A stretch of 25,542 nucleotides of DNA from a virus. Its lineage: Duplodnaviria > Caudoviricetes. Location of the stretch: the IMG/VR virus record IMGVR_UViG_3300048599_000863, positions 1 to 25,542 of that record; one strand, written 5' to 3'. The position numbers and the translations under genes are program-made. The stretch's first letter is position 1. Every line of letters starts with the position of its first letter. The notes below the pieces were generated by a model. It searched no databases. It had not been told where the DNA came from and saw nothing but the letters and a program-made list of their open reading frames with translations. Of the stretch, positions 24,922 through 25,542 are shown piece by piece.

Positions 24922-25542
24922 TTAGTTCCCGCAACTCGAATCAACGTCGCCAGCGGGTTCGATACAGTCTTTTTCGGTCTGCGCGGGCTGGTGATAGGCA
25001 TCGCGAACAGCCTGGTAAGCTCGAATGCCATCGATGCCAAGATCGTGGGTGAGAAACATTTTAATACCTGGTAAATTGGGGAAATTATAGACGGATTGAA
25101 CACCTATTTCAGTTACGATCATGGCGTTGACGATATATTCCTCTTCTTCGTCGGGAACCCTTCCGAGAGCAAAAGCCTTATCTAGCATGAGAGAGGTCGC
25201 GCCATCCAGGGTTGTTTCCACGTAAGTGATGTCATGCATGTCCCAGTCTTGACCTTTATCATAGCTGTATTCGATGGAATGCCGAGAATGATACTCGATG
25301 ATGGCATCGCCGCAGTCGGTGAAATCGACCGTCCAGTTGGGCAGGTATTCGTCGTCGAGATGTTCGTCACCGTCGGCATGGATTACGAAGTCCTGGTTCC
25401 AGTTGAAATCCATGCGACGTTTAAGCATGGCGGGTGTCATAACAACACAGTGCAAGCACTCGTGCTTCTCATGGAAATAGCTGATCCTGAGGTGAGTGTA
25501 TTCCTTCACCTTGCCGTTGTTCATCACTACAAACTTAGCCAT
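24922..25542 (-). CDS. Hypothetical acidic early protein (206 aa; start at the window edge)
   Basis: Long ORF co-oriented with the early operon; no recognised motif. Confidence 0.6.
   Translation of the reverse strand: MAKFVVMNNGKVKEYTHLRISYFHEKHECLHCVVMTPAMLKRRMDFNWNQDFVIHADGDEHLDDEYLPNWTVDFTDCGDAIIEYHSRHSIEYSYDKGQDWDMHDITYVETTLDGATSLMLDKAFALGRVPDEEEEYIVNAMIVTEIGVQSVYNFPNLPGIKMFLTHDLGIDGIRAYQAVRDAYHQPAQTEKDCIEPAGDVDSSCGN

Larger units (their letters stand above)
280..25542 (-). mobile_element. Mu-like transposable prophage (siphovirus-type tail); late-gene end at about 280-284, other end beyond the window
   Basis: DDE transposase, AAA+ ATPase, Gam, terminase, portal, capsid and tape measure in one co-oriented block; terminal TGT followed by 21-bp repeats. 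Confidence 0.93.

Overview
Almost the whole window (about 280 to the right edge) is a Mu-like transposable prophage read on the minus strand; about 280 bp of host DNA (5' end of a host gene and its promoter) lies at the left edge. From right to left: early/semi-essential genes, MuA-like DDE transposase, MuB-like AAA+ ATPase, GemA-like and Gam genes, a small HTH regulator, terminase small and large subunits, gpF-like head morphogenesis protein, an opposite-strand cargo gene (moron), lysozyme, neck/tail-completion genes, PBSX-type portal, a fused XkdF-like protease/scaffold/major capsid protein, holin, tail tube, a tail chaperone with a -1 frameshift, tape measure, tail tip and fibre, an XRE regulator, a Dam-family adenine methyltransferase and an array of 21-bp end repeats. 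The repressor end is outside the window. The most notable items are: (i) a moron encoding a secreted protein with an FCB-type (T9SS-A/FlgD-Ig-like) C-terminal sorting domain and an in-frame G18 tract (candidate phase variation); (ii) Mu transposition joined to a rearranged PBSX-like head with a fused protease-capsid gene; (iii) an identical 30-bp element at two putative late promoters, one directly upstream of an excisionase/AlpA-like HTH gene; (iv) a TTCG repeat array inside the transposase gene. A host in the FCB group (e.g. Cloacimonadota-like) is an inference from the cargo protein only. All family calls are by-eye motif recognition, not database searches.
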